Source of the DNA: a virus
Taxonomy: Duplodnaviria; Caudoviricetes
IMG/VR virus record: IMGVR_UViG_3300048854_000081
Span: 32,001 to 96,000 of that record
Strand: one strand, 5' to 3'
Length of the DNA stretch: 64,000 nt
A model generated the notes under the pieces. The model was not told the DNA's origin. It was given only the letters and a program-made list of their open reading frames with translations, and did not search any database. The translations under genes and the position numbers were made by a program. How positions within the stretch are numbered: the stretch's first letter is position 1; each line of letters begins with the position of its first letter. Below are positions 27,452 through 37,264 of this stretch, piece by piece.

Positions 27452-27784
27452 ATGGCTTCCAAGATCAAATCCGTTACGTACAATGGTCAGACCTATACGA
27501 AGGATTCCATCAAGGAAAAGCTCACCACGGATAACCGTTGGTTGCAGCGGGCCATCCTCGCTATCTATGCGGGCCAGACCTCACAAGAGCAAAACTCTGG
27601 TGAAACCGTCGAGGATAACGGTATTGGCTTCTCTGGTGCCGATTCTTACGTAATGTCCATTTACGCTAAGATGATCATGAAAGGCCAACCTCTGTACGCT
27701 GGTCAGCTTGCCAAGGCTCGCAAGACCATGCCCAAGTATGCTGGTCAACTTCTCGGGATCATTTCCGAAAAGAGCCACACTTGA
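27452..27784 (+). CDS. Conserved hypothetical phage protein
   Basis: RAILAIYAGQTSQEQ...NGIGFSGAD...KYAGQL. Confidence 0.8.
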   Translation: MASKIKSVTYNGQTYTKDSIKEKLTTDNRWLQRAILAIYAGQTSQEQNSGETVEDNGIGFSGADSYVMSIYAKMIMKGQPLYAGQLAKARKTMPKYAGQLLGIISEKSHT

Positions 27785-27838
27785 CACCTTCCGTAGTTCC
27801 GTTATAATACTCTCACACTCACTCAAACGGATAACATC

Positions 27839-28264
27839 ATGCACCTCACACGTCTGGTCATGCTCGCCGAATGGTTGGAAGCTGGCGCTCCCGAAAAGGA
27901 TAACGTCACTCGTTTCAGCATGACGAACTGGATCGTTCCGCAGAAAAATTCGTGTGGCACGGCATGTTGCATCGCTGGCGCTACCGTGCAGTTTTTCAAC
28001 GATGAAGCTCGCACGTTCAAGAGTGAGCAGGACGTTTATAACGCCTCGCTCAAGGGTGTGCAGGAGTACGCTCGTGGCCTGTTGGACCTCACGAAGGATC
28101 AGGCGAACGACCTGTTCTATGCCAATGAATATTTCATTGTCGAGAATGAGGATGCGCTGTATTACTCCAAAGCGCTGAAGGCCATCACTCCCGCACATGC
28201 TGCCCGCGTGATCCGCAAGTTTATCGCCACGGGTGAAATCGACTACATCGGTTGCGAAGCTTAA
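27839..28264 (+). CDS. Hypothetical protein with CGTACCIAG motif
   Basis: FSMTNW...CGTACCIAGA. Confidence 0.8.
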   Translation: MHLTRLVMLAEWLEAGAPEKDNVTRFSMTNWIVPQKNSCGTACCIAGATVQFFNDEARTFKSEQDVYNASLKGVQEYARGLLDLTKDQANDLFYANEYFIVENEDALYYSKALKAITPAHAARVIRKFIATGEIDYIGCEA

Positions 28265-28349
28265 CCTAACGTAACTAGGAGGGGTTGCATAAGGTAACCC
28301 CTTCCATTAGAATAACCTCACACCAACCAAATCACTCAAAGGAAATCAC

Positions 28350-28571
28350 ATGACCTTCCGTATCCTGTCCGCCGCCCGTTTCGCCAACACCACGAAGATG
28401 ACCGGTCGCACGCCGCTGGAAGTCTCGGCTGTCAGTGGCAAGAACTACAAGACGTTGGACTCCGCGATCCGCTCGGGTCTGCCGCAGATCGTCAGCAAGG
28501 ATGCCCGTCGTGGTGACGTGTTCGTGGTCATCGAAGGTCCGAACGGCCAGCTTGCCCACCGCACCATCTGA
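28350..28571 (+). CDS. Hypothetical protein
   Basis: AAAGGAAA RBS, own promoter. Confidence 0.7.
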   Translation: MTFRILSAARFANTTKMTGRTPLEVSAVSGKNYKTLDSAIRSGLPQIVSKDARRGDVFVVIEGPNGQLAHRTI

Positions 28572-28593
28572 TCCACGTTCTATAGGCAAACCC

Positions 28594-28890
28594 ATGAAAA
28601 AGCATCATTTTACTAGTGGATCAGTAAATGCTTCCACGTATGCAGTAATCGATGGTGTTCCGTATCCTCAACTGGATATGATCATGGGTATTGCCAAAAG
28701 TAAAGGCTACACTGGTAGCGAAAATACTTTAGCTTACCGCATCAAGGGTGGGGCCAAATCATGGGCAGAATTGATCCGCTCGCCACGCAACAATATGAAA
28801 AATGCGATGGTAGATCGTCAGTTAAAAAGGGAACGTGAGAAAGCCGAGATTGCACAAATGATGCGCGATCTTGATGAACGCAAACGGTAA
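28594..28890 (+). CDS. Hypothetical basic protein
   Basis: Start MKKHHF within track ORF 28435..28890. Confidence 0.6.
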   Translation: MKKHHFTSGSVNASTYAVIDGVPYPQLDMIMGIAKSKGYTGSENTLAYRIKGGAKSWAELIRSPRNNMKNAMVDRQLKREREKAEIAQMMRDLDERKR

Positions 28891-28933
28891 TGGGGTTGAC
28901 AATTAAAATCCCTCCACTATAATGTAATTCATC

Positions 28934-29009
28934 GGGTCGATAGCTCAGTTGGCAGAGCACGGGACTTTTAATCCTGCGGTCGCGGGTTCGAATCCCGCTC
29001 GACCCACCA
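28934..29009 (+). tRNA. tRNA-Lys(UUU)
   Basis: GGGTCGA/TCGACCC acceptor, cggga-cttttaa-tcctg, CCA. Confidence 0.93.
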
Positions 29010-29175
29010 GTCTTTGGGGCATGGTTGTAGGGTATGAACAAAAGGCTAGGTTTGCGTACGGAACCTAGTTTCATACCTTGGGCGTTCGATTCCCCACCCT
29101 TTGTTTTCTGTGGTACAATACGATAACGAGCAATCGACCGTGGCGTATCACTGTTTTATAACCTAAGGAGTTATT

Positions 29176-29397
29176 ATGGATCAGGCTTTCATTTTGTTGG
29201 AAGGGTCGCTGAATCATCTGTCTGTCGAGCATGGTGCCAAGGTGGGCGATACGGTGTATCCCGTGAAGGGCTATGATTACGGGCTGGCGCGTGATGATAC
29301 GTATGCCACGGGTGAAGAGTATATCTCGGTCACTCTGGACCAGAATGGTGACTATCCGTATTTCACGGTACCCGTTCGCCTGATCGAGTCGGTTTAA
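29176..29397 (+). CDS. Hypothetical protein
   Basis: AAGGAG RBS; DYGLARDDT...YISVTL. Confidence 0.75.
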   Translation: MDQAFILLEGSLNHLSVEHGAKVGDTVYPVKGYDYGLARDDTYATGEEYISVTLDQNGDYPYFTVPVRLIESV

Positions 29398-29431
29398 AGG
29401 TAGTTGCAATACATTTCAAATCATGTATAAT

Positions 29432-29580
29432 GAAATTGTGGTCAGAGACATCGGGACGACTAACCTCCCAGTGTGTACCACGACCGGCCATCCTGTCGGT
29501 AATAGAAAAGTGGATGCATAGCAGGTCATGATGACAATTCGCTATCAGGATACGGGGACGATAGCCTGCCCCACAGTTTC
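29432..29580 (+). ncRNA. Candidate ~145-nt structured RNA
   Basis: gaaattgtgg / ccacagtttc terminal stem directly after TTGCAA-N16-TATAAT. Confidence 0.5.
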
Positions 29581-29659
29581 GGAAGTGTAGCCCAAAATAC
29601 TAGAGGCGGGGAGCATTAGAGCACCCTTCAGTGTAGGCGCAAACCCTACCACTTCCACC
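29581..29659 (+). tRNA. Aberrant tRNA-like element
   Basis: GGAAGTG/CACTTCC acceptor, gcc/ggc D stem, gtagg-cgcaaac-cctac T arm; non-canonical loops. Confidence 0.55.
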
Positions 29660-29667
29660 CGGTTTAT

Positions 29668-29842
29668 GCAGGTGTACGCGAATGGCGAAGCGGCTGGAAA
29701 GAAACCTAGCGACGGTTAGATAGGCGTCCAGTGTTATATGAGGATATACCGAAGGTTTGCGCAGACCAACGGTGAAACAATAGAGAGTCGTCTCTATCAT
29801 GCTCATGTTTTGTTGGTGGTTCGATTCCATCCTCCTGCGACA
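29668..29842 (+). ncRNA. tRNA-like RNA with ~100-nt structured insertion
   Basis: GCAGGTG/CTCCTGC acceptor, cgc/gcg D arm, ggtgg-ttcgatt-ccatc T arm, internal hairpins. Confidence 0.55.
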
Positions 29843-29861
29843 ATTTACTAAAGGATACATC

Positions 29862-30164
29862 ATGCAATTCAATGTTACCGCCCGCATGTATGAGATAACC
29901 ATCGAAGAAAATGAAATGCTGGCTCTCATTCGTGAGGAAGCCTATGATGGTAAACTCTGCGAGAATACGCTATTCGATAAGCTTAAAAAGGTCGATGGCG
30001 TCTCTAACATTGATTACAATGGTCACTTTGGCTCTGCTATCTTCCTGACCATCGATGTTGACAAGGATGACGGTAGCATTGGTAATCCGATTCGTAACAA
30101 GATCGAAAGTATCATCCGTAAGCACCTTGACCGTGCTGTAGGTTACCAGAACAAGAAACGTTGA
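29862..30164 (+). CDS. Hypothetical protein
   Basis: Start MQFNVT after AAAGGA. Confidence 0.7.
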   Translation: MQFNVTARMYEITIEENEMLALIREEAYDGKLCENTLFDKLKKVDGVSNIDYNGHFGSAIFLTIDVDKDDGSIGNPIRNKIESIIRKHLDRAVGYQNKKR

Positions 30165-30198
30165 CATTGAGCTAAATAACCGTATAATAATTGAATCA

Positions 30199-30275
30199 GG
30201 GCGGTTAGCTCAATTGGTTAGAGCAAGCGACTCATAATCGCTGGGTCGGGGGTTCGAATCCCTCACCGCCCACCA
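30199..30275 (+). tRNA. tRNA with CAU anticodon, most likely tRNA-Ile2
   Basis: GGGCGGT/ACCGCCC; agcga-ctcataa-tcgct arm resembles the proteobacterial Ile2 anticodon arm; CCA. Confidence 0.88.
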
Positions 30276-30325
30276 CCATACCAAACCCGATCAGAAATGG
30301 TCGGGTTTTCTTTTACCTCACGGTG

Positions 30326-30381
30326 TCTCTTCTCCGATCCACGACCCTATTTTAGCATATCCTCTCTGAATGGTAGCTGAA
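30326..30381 (-). promoter_or_regulatory. GGATGGG-type element, copy F
   Basis: Reverse complement: ttcag-N6-ttcag-N11-taaaat-agggtcgtggatcggagaag. Confidence 0.75.
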
Positions 30382-30456
30382 TCGTAACGTTATCCATGGG
30401 GTTGTAATTGTTTTACAACCTAGTAGAATACCTCTACCAACCACGAGGGAAGACCT

Positions 30457-30741
30457 ATGGCACGTCAATACATCAAACGCCGTATCGATATCGGCACCAT
30501 TCGTGGCACGTACAATCGTGCTGGTCTGCGTCCACCGTCGCTCTATAACGATATCGCGAAGATGGTGGAGGGTAGCGCAAAGCGTACCCGTGACCTCGGT
30601 GTGGCTGTCCGCCATGCAGACGCGAAGTTCATTCACGAGGTGGTGACCATGCTACGTGACGACGGCTTCACAGTCAATCGTCGTGCGGTCACAGAAGCGG
30701 AGTCCGACGAATACTGCACAGTGCTGTATTTGTCGTGGTGA
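30457..30741 (+). CDS. Hypothetical protein
   Basis: Own promoter, GAGGGA RBS. Confidence 0.7.
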   Translation: MARQYIKRRIDIGTIRGTYNRAGLRPPSLYNDIAKMVEGSAKRTRDLGVAVRHADAKFIHEVVTMLRDDGFTVNRRAVTEAESDEYCTVLYLSW

Positions 30742-30910
30742 TGTGACGTTTTTGGTCACCTAGAGGTCATAATCTGACGTTAGGTGACCAAATTGTTCCC
30801 AATTAAACTAAACTGCAAAAAGACGCGATTTTCACGTCTGTCTCACTTGTGTAAACGTCATGTCCTTGCTAAAGTGCCTACACCAAAAGGGCAGGGTAGG
30901 TCGTAGGACG

Positions 30911-31567
30911 ATGGCAACGTACATTCGAAGTTTTGAGTTTATTGATCGTGAAATTGATTTCACTGTAAAGGGAACCGGTTGGAGAATGCTGGATACTCCT
31001 ACCTTCGATCCTCTAAATGTTGCCTATGGTGTCGTCCATGACGCTATAGAGCATTACGAAGCTGGTGAGGAAGGCATCGAGAACGAAATGATGGCCTTCG
31101 GTTCGATCTACCACATCCGCGTACAGGGTAAGTGGTGGGACCAGTTCGGTATGAATGTCAACGCTAATAAAATGATGGCGTGGGATATCGCTCGTTTTCT
31201 ACATGAGCTTGACTTTGTTATAGCTCCCTGCCCATCCAAGACCTCCAAAGCACTGAACGATTTTTGCGTTGAAGCTTTTCCGCATTACGTTGCACAGTTA
31301 GCTAAGCACTACAGTGTCGAAGAACATTCCGATCAGATGGTAAGAGCCATGCACGCCTTTCAACAGGCTTGCGCATGGATGTCTCGTGGTTACGCTCGCT
31401 CTCTGAAGCGTTGGCACGGTAACACACCTTCTGCTCTGACTGACCTGTTTAATTCTCTCACGTCGCTCATTGAACGTGTGACAGGTAAACATGGTGATTT
31501 GCTTAAAGTTTCGTTTGATACGAAAAGCCTAGATCACAAGTGTGAACATCTTGTCATAGTCGTGTAA
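30911..31567 (+). CDS. Hypothetical protein (HDxxEH motif)
   Basis: VVHDAIEH...ENEMMAFG. Confidence 0.7.
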   Translation: MATYIRSFEFIDREIDFTVKGTGWRMLDTPTFDPLNVAYGVVHDAIEHYEAGEEGIENEMMAFGSIYHIRVQGKWWDQFGMNVNANKMMAWDIARFLHELDFVIAPCPSKTSKALNDFCVEAFPHYVAQLAKHYSVEEHSDQMVRAMHAFQQACAWMSRGYARSLKRWHGNTPSALTDLFNSLTSLIERVTGKHGDLLKVSFDTKSLDHKCEHLVIVV

Positions 31568-31808
31568 AGAGTGTATCATTGCGTTTACAGAAGGTGTAGA
31601 GAGATTGTTCTGATCCTCACACCTTCTTCACTTCGGTAGACAACTTGTGAAAATTGTGTCTAGAAGATTGCCGTTTTTGTTCATGTTAGGAACCATCGCC
31701 TGAATACGTATGTTTCGGGTGGTTGTTTTCGTTCCTTTTAAAAGTTACCTTGTATCCACCGGAAGCAATCAGGCACCGGTTTTACATACTTTTAATCGGA
31801 GTTACACC

Positions 31809-32264
31809 ATGAACGCAACAGCACAGAAAATCGAAGGCACCCCAGCCGAACTAGCCAATCGCCTCAGCATGAACGGTCATATCCTGACCCAAGCTGACAT
31901 TGGCTTCCTGACCCGCTTGGGTCTCGGTAAGAAGGTTGGAACGGAAAAGTCCGGTTCCGGTCGCGGTGGTAAACCTGCAACCCGTTGGGCGATCAATCCG
32001 CGAGCCACCCTGAAGTTCGATGTGGTCGAGGAAGCCGTCCAGCAGACCTCTGCAATGGTTCAGCAGCCAAAGCAGGCTCGTGGCCGCAATGCTGCCGCGA
32101 ACGATGACCAGAAGCAGTCGGGTGGTATCGCTGGCATCACCAGCAAGAGCGACCTTGCGGAACTGATCGTATCGGCTGTCGCTGCCGTGATGGATCATCG
32201 CGACAAGCAACAGAACGCAAATTCGGCAGATAATGCTGGTGCGTCTGCCTCTGCTCAGGCATAA
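31809..32264 (+). CDS. Hypothetical protein, N-terminal domain paralogous to 22633
   Basis: LSMNG...GRGGKPATRWAI. Confidence 0.75.
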   Translation: MNATAQKIEGTPAELANRLSMNGHILTQADIGFLTRLGLGKKVGTEKSGSGRGGKPATRWAINPRATLKFDVVEEAVQQTSAMVQQPKQARGRNAAANDDQKQSGGIAGITSKSDLAELIVSAVAAVMDHRDKQQNANSADNAGASASAQA

Positions 32265-32432
32265 TCGAGTCGCCTCTTCAGGCAAAACTCAATCGTGGCC
32301 TCCCGAGTAGTTCAGCGTATCAAACCGTTGCTACTCGGTGCCATGGTTGTAATGTATTACAACATACATGAATCCCAATTGAATCGTTTCTAGCTTGGCA
32401 GTTACGAGAGGGGTACAAACGGGAGTAGTTCC

Positions 32433-32654
32433 ATGGGCAGCGTGAAACCTAGCAACGTGATTCCTTTCGATGCTTATGCCGAAGGTTCAAGAGCTTTCCA
32501 TGATGGGAAGACGTGGCATGAAAATCCCTATGCTCACATGGCATGTTCCCCACACGCTTACATGTGGACATGTGGATGGGATGATGCCAGTCTAAACCCT
32601 ACGGTAATCCCTCCTAAGGTGCAGCGTGTACAGCAGTCGCGAACGGTTGGATGA
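32433..32654 (+). CDS. Hypothetical protein
   Basis: AYAEG..AF..G.....NPY...W..GW pattern. Confidence 0.6.
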   Translation: MGSVKPSNVIPFDAYAEGSRAFHDGKTWHENPYAHMACSPHAYMWTCGWDDASLNPTVIPPKVQRVQQSRTVG

Positions 32655-32793
32655 ACTGGGGACGCTCTGGTATGACATCTTTGATCCCGAAGGGAACATG
32701 GTCGCCAGCCTCAAAGACTTCTACGTCGTCGAAACCCTGCTATTTCAACTCAACAGGTCCACCCACTGACTATCTAATCAGTGGGTAGTTGCA

Positions 32794-32847
32794 GCGGCCT
32801 CCATCCTCGTCTCTATTTTAATACATCTACCCTGAACCGTAGCTGAA
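32794..32847 (-). promoter_or_regulatory. GGATGG element, copy G
   Basis: Reverse complement: ttcag-N6-ttcag-N11-taaaat-agagacgaggatggaggccgc. Confidence 0.75.
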
Positions 32848-32924
32848 TGAAGCTTTGCGGGCATTGTTGCATCTGTCGTTAGGTTACGTTATGATACCTC
32901 CACACTAACCAAACGGACCTAGCG

Positions 32925-35716
32925 ATGAATCGTTACGTTGCCATTCCCTCGCGTCATCTGCGCAATACCAAGACGGGTGCCACGGCAAGCCTCTATGGTG
33001 CCCATCCGGCCAAGTCTCCGGGTGATTTTCAGAACTGGCTCGTAGTCACTAACGGTTGGACCATCCACGACCTCAAGGAAAACCGTATCGGTGGTTTCCA
33101 GTCGTGCCCTCCCGGTTCCTCACAGGAACATGCGGAGTCCGTCGCTGCCCACCTCAACGCTCTCACAGGGAATCGTACCCATGGTTAATTTCAACTGGTG
33201 GCTCATTGCCAGCCTCATCGGCTTCTCGGTCAGCTTGTACTACTGGGTATTTCACTGGGTACGGGCGATTTCCATCATCGGTCTTCAGACGAAAAGCACC
33301 ATCGCGTTTCGTCCGTATGCAATCAGTGGTGTTGGTTTGTTCATCTTCGGGTGGCTGTTGTATCATTGCAACTAATGCATTACAATAGTATCTCACAAAG
33401 GATATCTAATGTATTGCATTCGTTATACGGTTGACAAAGAGACGGCCATATGGTGCGACCCCAACATCCGGGGTAACCGTGAACCAATGGAATATCACAT
33501 AAAGGCACATGCTGAACAGGAATGCGAGTTCCTGAATCGTCAGTATTGTGGTGAAGGGTTTCACTTCACTGTTGACATTCATCCTAACGTTACTGTAACC
33601 TAACCGTTCTCATTCGGAGACAACCATGTCCACCAACACGATCCCGAACATCATCAAGTCTGTCGGTAATCTCAATCCCATCGCCCATGAGGTGTGGAAG
33701 GGTCGTGATGCCAAGGTGGAATACATCGTTCGTGGCATCACTGGCATTGACCCCAAGGTGGAGTTCATCGCTACCGATCACGTGGGCTGTCGCCAGTACT
33801 GTGATACCCTTACCGAAGCCCTTGCGTGGCTCGACCTCCCCAAGTACTAAGGGAACTACCATGTTGAAGAAAGAACGTCAGCAATTGGCTAAGGATATTG
33901 TGGCCCTGTGTAACGAGCATGGTTACACGTTCACTATGGACCCTATCTATGTCCATGGCCGGGATGCTGGAATCACCCTGAACATCGATTGTGGCGCGGT
34001 TAAAGCCATGGTCAGGCTCAACCACAGGGAATTCTATAGCGTTAACTGGTACGATGCCAAACGTCAACTATCCTCATGGACCTTTGGTGATGTCAATGCC
34101 TTCCATGGCACCAAGGCTACGTCATTCTGCGCTGGTGGCGACCAACTGTTGACATTCTTCAAGACAACCTTTACCAAGATCAAGAATGGTAAAGCGTTCA
34201 CCTAAGGGTATTGCGTTACCTAACCTATTCCATTAGAATGGCAACATCCTACAGGGGAACAGCCATGACACACCGTGATCGCCACCCATTCCATCGGTCG
34301 CACACTCCTGATAAGAACTACCTGTATTGCACCATTGATGCCCGTAAGGCTCTGGCGCGTGCGGCAGAACTGAAGAAAGCCCGTCGTAAGCCTAAGGCTC
34401 GACTGCTGGCGCTTATCAATCGGATTCGTGGCATAATCTAAGGGTGTTGCATTCCGTAATCCATTGCATTATACTGTCGTCACTCCAAAGGGAACTGACA
34501 TGACCGACCCGAATATTTTCTATGTTGTATCTGCCTCTAGCAAGCGTGGTCTTGAGTCGGATGGCTATATCGATTACGATTCCCATTCGGGCGGTTATCC
34601 ATACCTTGCAAAGACTCTCATGGGTGCATATCGCTATGATACTCAGCAGAAGGCTGTTGATGCCGCTGAAAGGCTGCTCAGGAGCTTTGATAAGGAATAC
34701 AAGAATGTCAACGTTCTGCAAGCCAGACTTGCCACGAGCGTTATGATTCATTTTCCGGACGTTGACACCGATTATGACAAGGGTCTTCGTGACGGCAAGT
34801 TCCGTAATTCGTCGAAGTATCCGAACAATGACGAATACATGAATGGTTATATCGAAGGTATCAAGTCCTCAAAGGGAAACCTGACATGAACGACCGTGAA
34901 ATAATTGACGCACAGGTTAAGTCCATCACCAACGCTCTGGAAGCGTTGGTGCGGGTGAAAGAGGCTTCCAAGCCCTTCGCTGCCCTGTTGCAGGATCACC
35001 ATGATGACAAGGCCGACGATGAACCGTTGTTCGGTGTCAATGGTAAGTATATCACCTATGGTGATCTGCGTGAACTCAAGCGTGCCCTGAAGAAGGTTTC
35101 GTAACAGTTGCATTAGCTATTCAATTGCATTATACTTGCATCACACCAACCAAAGAGGATTACGGCAATGTCCCGTTCGTTTCGTGAAGGTTTCCAGCCC
35201 ATCAAGTCGAAGGCAAACGATCCGCGTCGTGCTTACCAGCATGATGACATGTTCGCTACCAGTGGTAAGCGTGGTGGTGACAAGGATGCGAAGCGTGAGG
35301 CTCGCCGTCAGGAAAAGCGTAACCAAACGCATTTCTACAGCCTGTGAAGGTGTTGACTCGGGTAGAAATCGTGACATGGGTATTCATCATCGTTCTAGCT
35401 GGCGCTATGTTGCTGGCTAGTTCGATATCACTGGGTATTGCATTCCTTACGTAAAGGTGTATACTAGCTACACACCAACCGAAACGAGGGATGACCAATG
35501 TACACTCTCCGCGATGCACTCCGTGAACGTGCCTACCAGAACGCCAAGATGGAAGCGCGTTGGAAGCATGAGAATGCCAAACGTGAAGAAATCGAAACCA
35601 TTCTGAAAGCTAACCCACAGATTGGAATCCTGATGCGCAACGGCAAGAATGTGTACTACACCTATCCCGCTGGTGGCAAGTACAAAGAAGCCAAGCATCC
35701 CGGCAAGCTAATCTAA
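32925..35716 (+). other. Run of small hypothetical early genes (32925-33188, 33181-33375, 33409-33603, 33626-33850, 33861-34205, 34265-34441, 34500-34889, 34886-35104, 35168-35347, 35498-35716)
   Basis: Rightward ORFs with RBSs, several with their own TTGCAT/TATACT promoter. Confidence 0.7.
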
Positions 35717-35814
35717 CCATAAAGCCCCATTGCTGGGGCTTTTCTTTACGTTACGGTAGCTGTTCCCCATCCGCCAATCTATTTTAATATAACCTACCTG
35801 AACGTAACCTGAAT
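35714..35814. repeat. 101-bp cassette containing element copy H, identical to 27278-27378
   Basis: Exact duplicate. Confidence 0.9.
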
Positions 35815-35883
35815 AACATTTCATAACCCTATTGCATTCCTTTTGTAAGAGTGTATACTAGCCTCATACCACAGAGAACGACC

Positions 35884-36084
35884 ATGACCGAAGCTGAGCA
35901 GATTGCATCCACCCTCGTCGAACCTTACAAGGCCGACCTTGCTCCCTATCGTGGTCTGACTCCTACGCTGGACGATGTGCGTAAGTTCGTGGTCCGTTAC
36001 TTCCGTCAGCCCGGTCGAGTCTATCCCGGTCACCTGATGGCAGGTGAGATTGCCAAGGCTCTGTACGCCCTGATCATCGCTTGA
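35884..36084 (+). CDS. Hypothetical protein
   Basis: Start MTEAEQ after promoter. Confidence 0.65.
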   Translation: MTEAEQIASTLVEPYKADLAPYRGLTPTLDDVRKFVVRYFRQPGRVYPGHLMAGEIAKALYALIIA

Positions 36085-36137
36085 CATCCTCTGAGGTTTA
36101 GTTATAATACCTCCACACCACTCATAAGGGATTTGCC

Positions 36138-36539
36138 ATGAAGCTTGTCGCTACCGAAACCGAAATGCTGCAACTGGCCTATGACGTACTGACCACTGGC
36201 CTGCCGAACTTCGTAGGCTACGGTATCGAACTGGATTACAGCCAGCAGGAATATGACAAGGCCAAGCAATCGCTGATCACCAGTGGTTCGACCAAGCCGA
36301 ACGATATCTGCATCGAAGACGTGCAGCGTGAAATGCTCCGCATGGGCTATGGCCTGACGTTCACGGATACGGAACATGAAGATGATGAGCCGGTCACGCT
36401 GACGCTGGAACTGATCAAGAAGAATTGGGATAGCATCCCGTTCAGTCGTATCGAGGCAGTGCTCAAAGAAAATTACGATGCCGATGATGCGGACGTGATC
36501 GCCCAGTCCATGATCTACGGCGAAGTGGTCTACGGTTAA
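36138..36539 (+). CDS. Hypothetical protein
   Basis: C-terminal DADDADVIAQSMIYGEVVYG. Confidence 0.8.
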   Translation: MKLVATETEMLQLAYDVLTTGLPNFVGYGIELDYSQQEYDKAKQSLITSGSTKPNDICIEDVQREMLRMGYGLTFTDTEHEDDEPVTLTLELIKKNWDSIPFSRIEAVLKENYDADDADVIAQSMIYGEVVYG

Positions 36540-36588
36540 CATACAAAACCCTACCTGACAAGGGTGGGGTTTTCTTATGGACGTTACT

Positions 36589-36641
36589 GCTCTCCCATCC
36601 ACAACCCTATTTTAAAGGATACTAGCTGAATAGAACCTGAA
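36589..36641 (-). promoter_or_regulatory. GGATGGG element, copy I
   Basis: Reverse complement: ttcag-N6-ttcag-N11-taaaat-agggttgtggatgggagagc. Confidence 0.8.
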
Positions 36642-36718
36642 CGGTTACAAATCTTAGGTATTGCATTCCATTATGAAACTAGTATACTAGCCACACACCA
36701 ACCAACAGAGACAATACC

Positions 36719-37087
36719 ATGTCCGTTTACAAAAGCGCCATGAAGTACGGTAATCTTGTCAGTGGTATGATGGCTAACAGCCTGCCGAAGCCAGATGCAA
36801 AAGTTGGCGACTGGGCTACCATCATGGGTGGACGTGATCGCCATCCTGCCAAGATCACCGAAATCGTCTATGCCAAGAATGGCAAGATCAAGGGTTACAT
36901 GCTACAGCGCATGTCGTGGAAGATGGACCAGAATAGCGAAGGCTACGGTGTCAAGGGCTGGGAAGACGACTCCAAGCCGCAGGGTGAACCCAGCTTCTAC
37001 GAGGTGATCGTGCGGGGCAAGATGAAGGGTGCAGTACGTGATGCCCTGATCGGCCATGCCAACCCGTTCTATGATCGAACCTTCTAA
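36719..37087 (+). CDS. Hypothetical protein
   Basis: KVGDWAT..GRDRHPA...FYDRTF. Confidence 0.75.
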   Translation: MSVYKSAMKYGNLVSGMMANSLPKPDAKVGDWATIMGGRDRHPAKITEIVYAKNGKIKGYMLQRMSWKMDQNSEGYGVKGWEDDSKPQGEPSFYEVIVRGKMKGAVRDALIGHANPFYDRTF

Positions 37088-37135
37088 ACACAAGGAACCC
37101 ATCCTGTCAAGGGGTGGGTTTCATTTTACATGAAT

Positions 37136-37190
37136 GCTGTTACCCATCCGCCAGTCTATTTTAATATAACCAAGCTGAACACACGCTGAA
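37136..37190 (-). promoter_or_regulatory. GGATGGG element, copy J
   Basis: Reverse complement: ttcag-N6-ttcag-N11-taaaat-agactggcggatgggtaacagc. Confidence 0.8.
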
Positions 37191-37264
37191 TAGATTACCT
37201 AACAGAGTGTTGCATTCCTTACGTAACTAGGTATACTAGCCACACACCAACCAAAGGATATGTC

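Noticed and set aside
28742-29929. ORFs 28742..29074(-), 29600..29929(-) and the N-terminal extension 29799-29861
   Set aside because: They overlap tRNA-Lys and the tRNA-like RNAs and lack an RBS.
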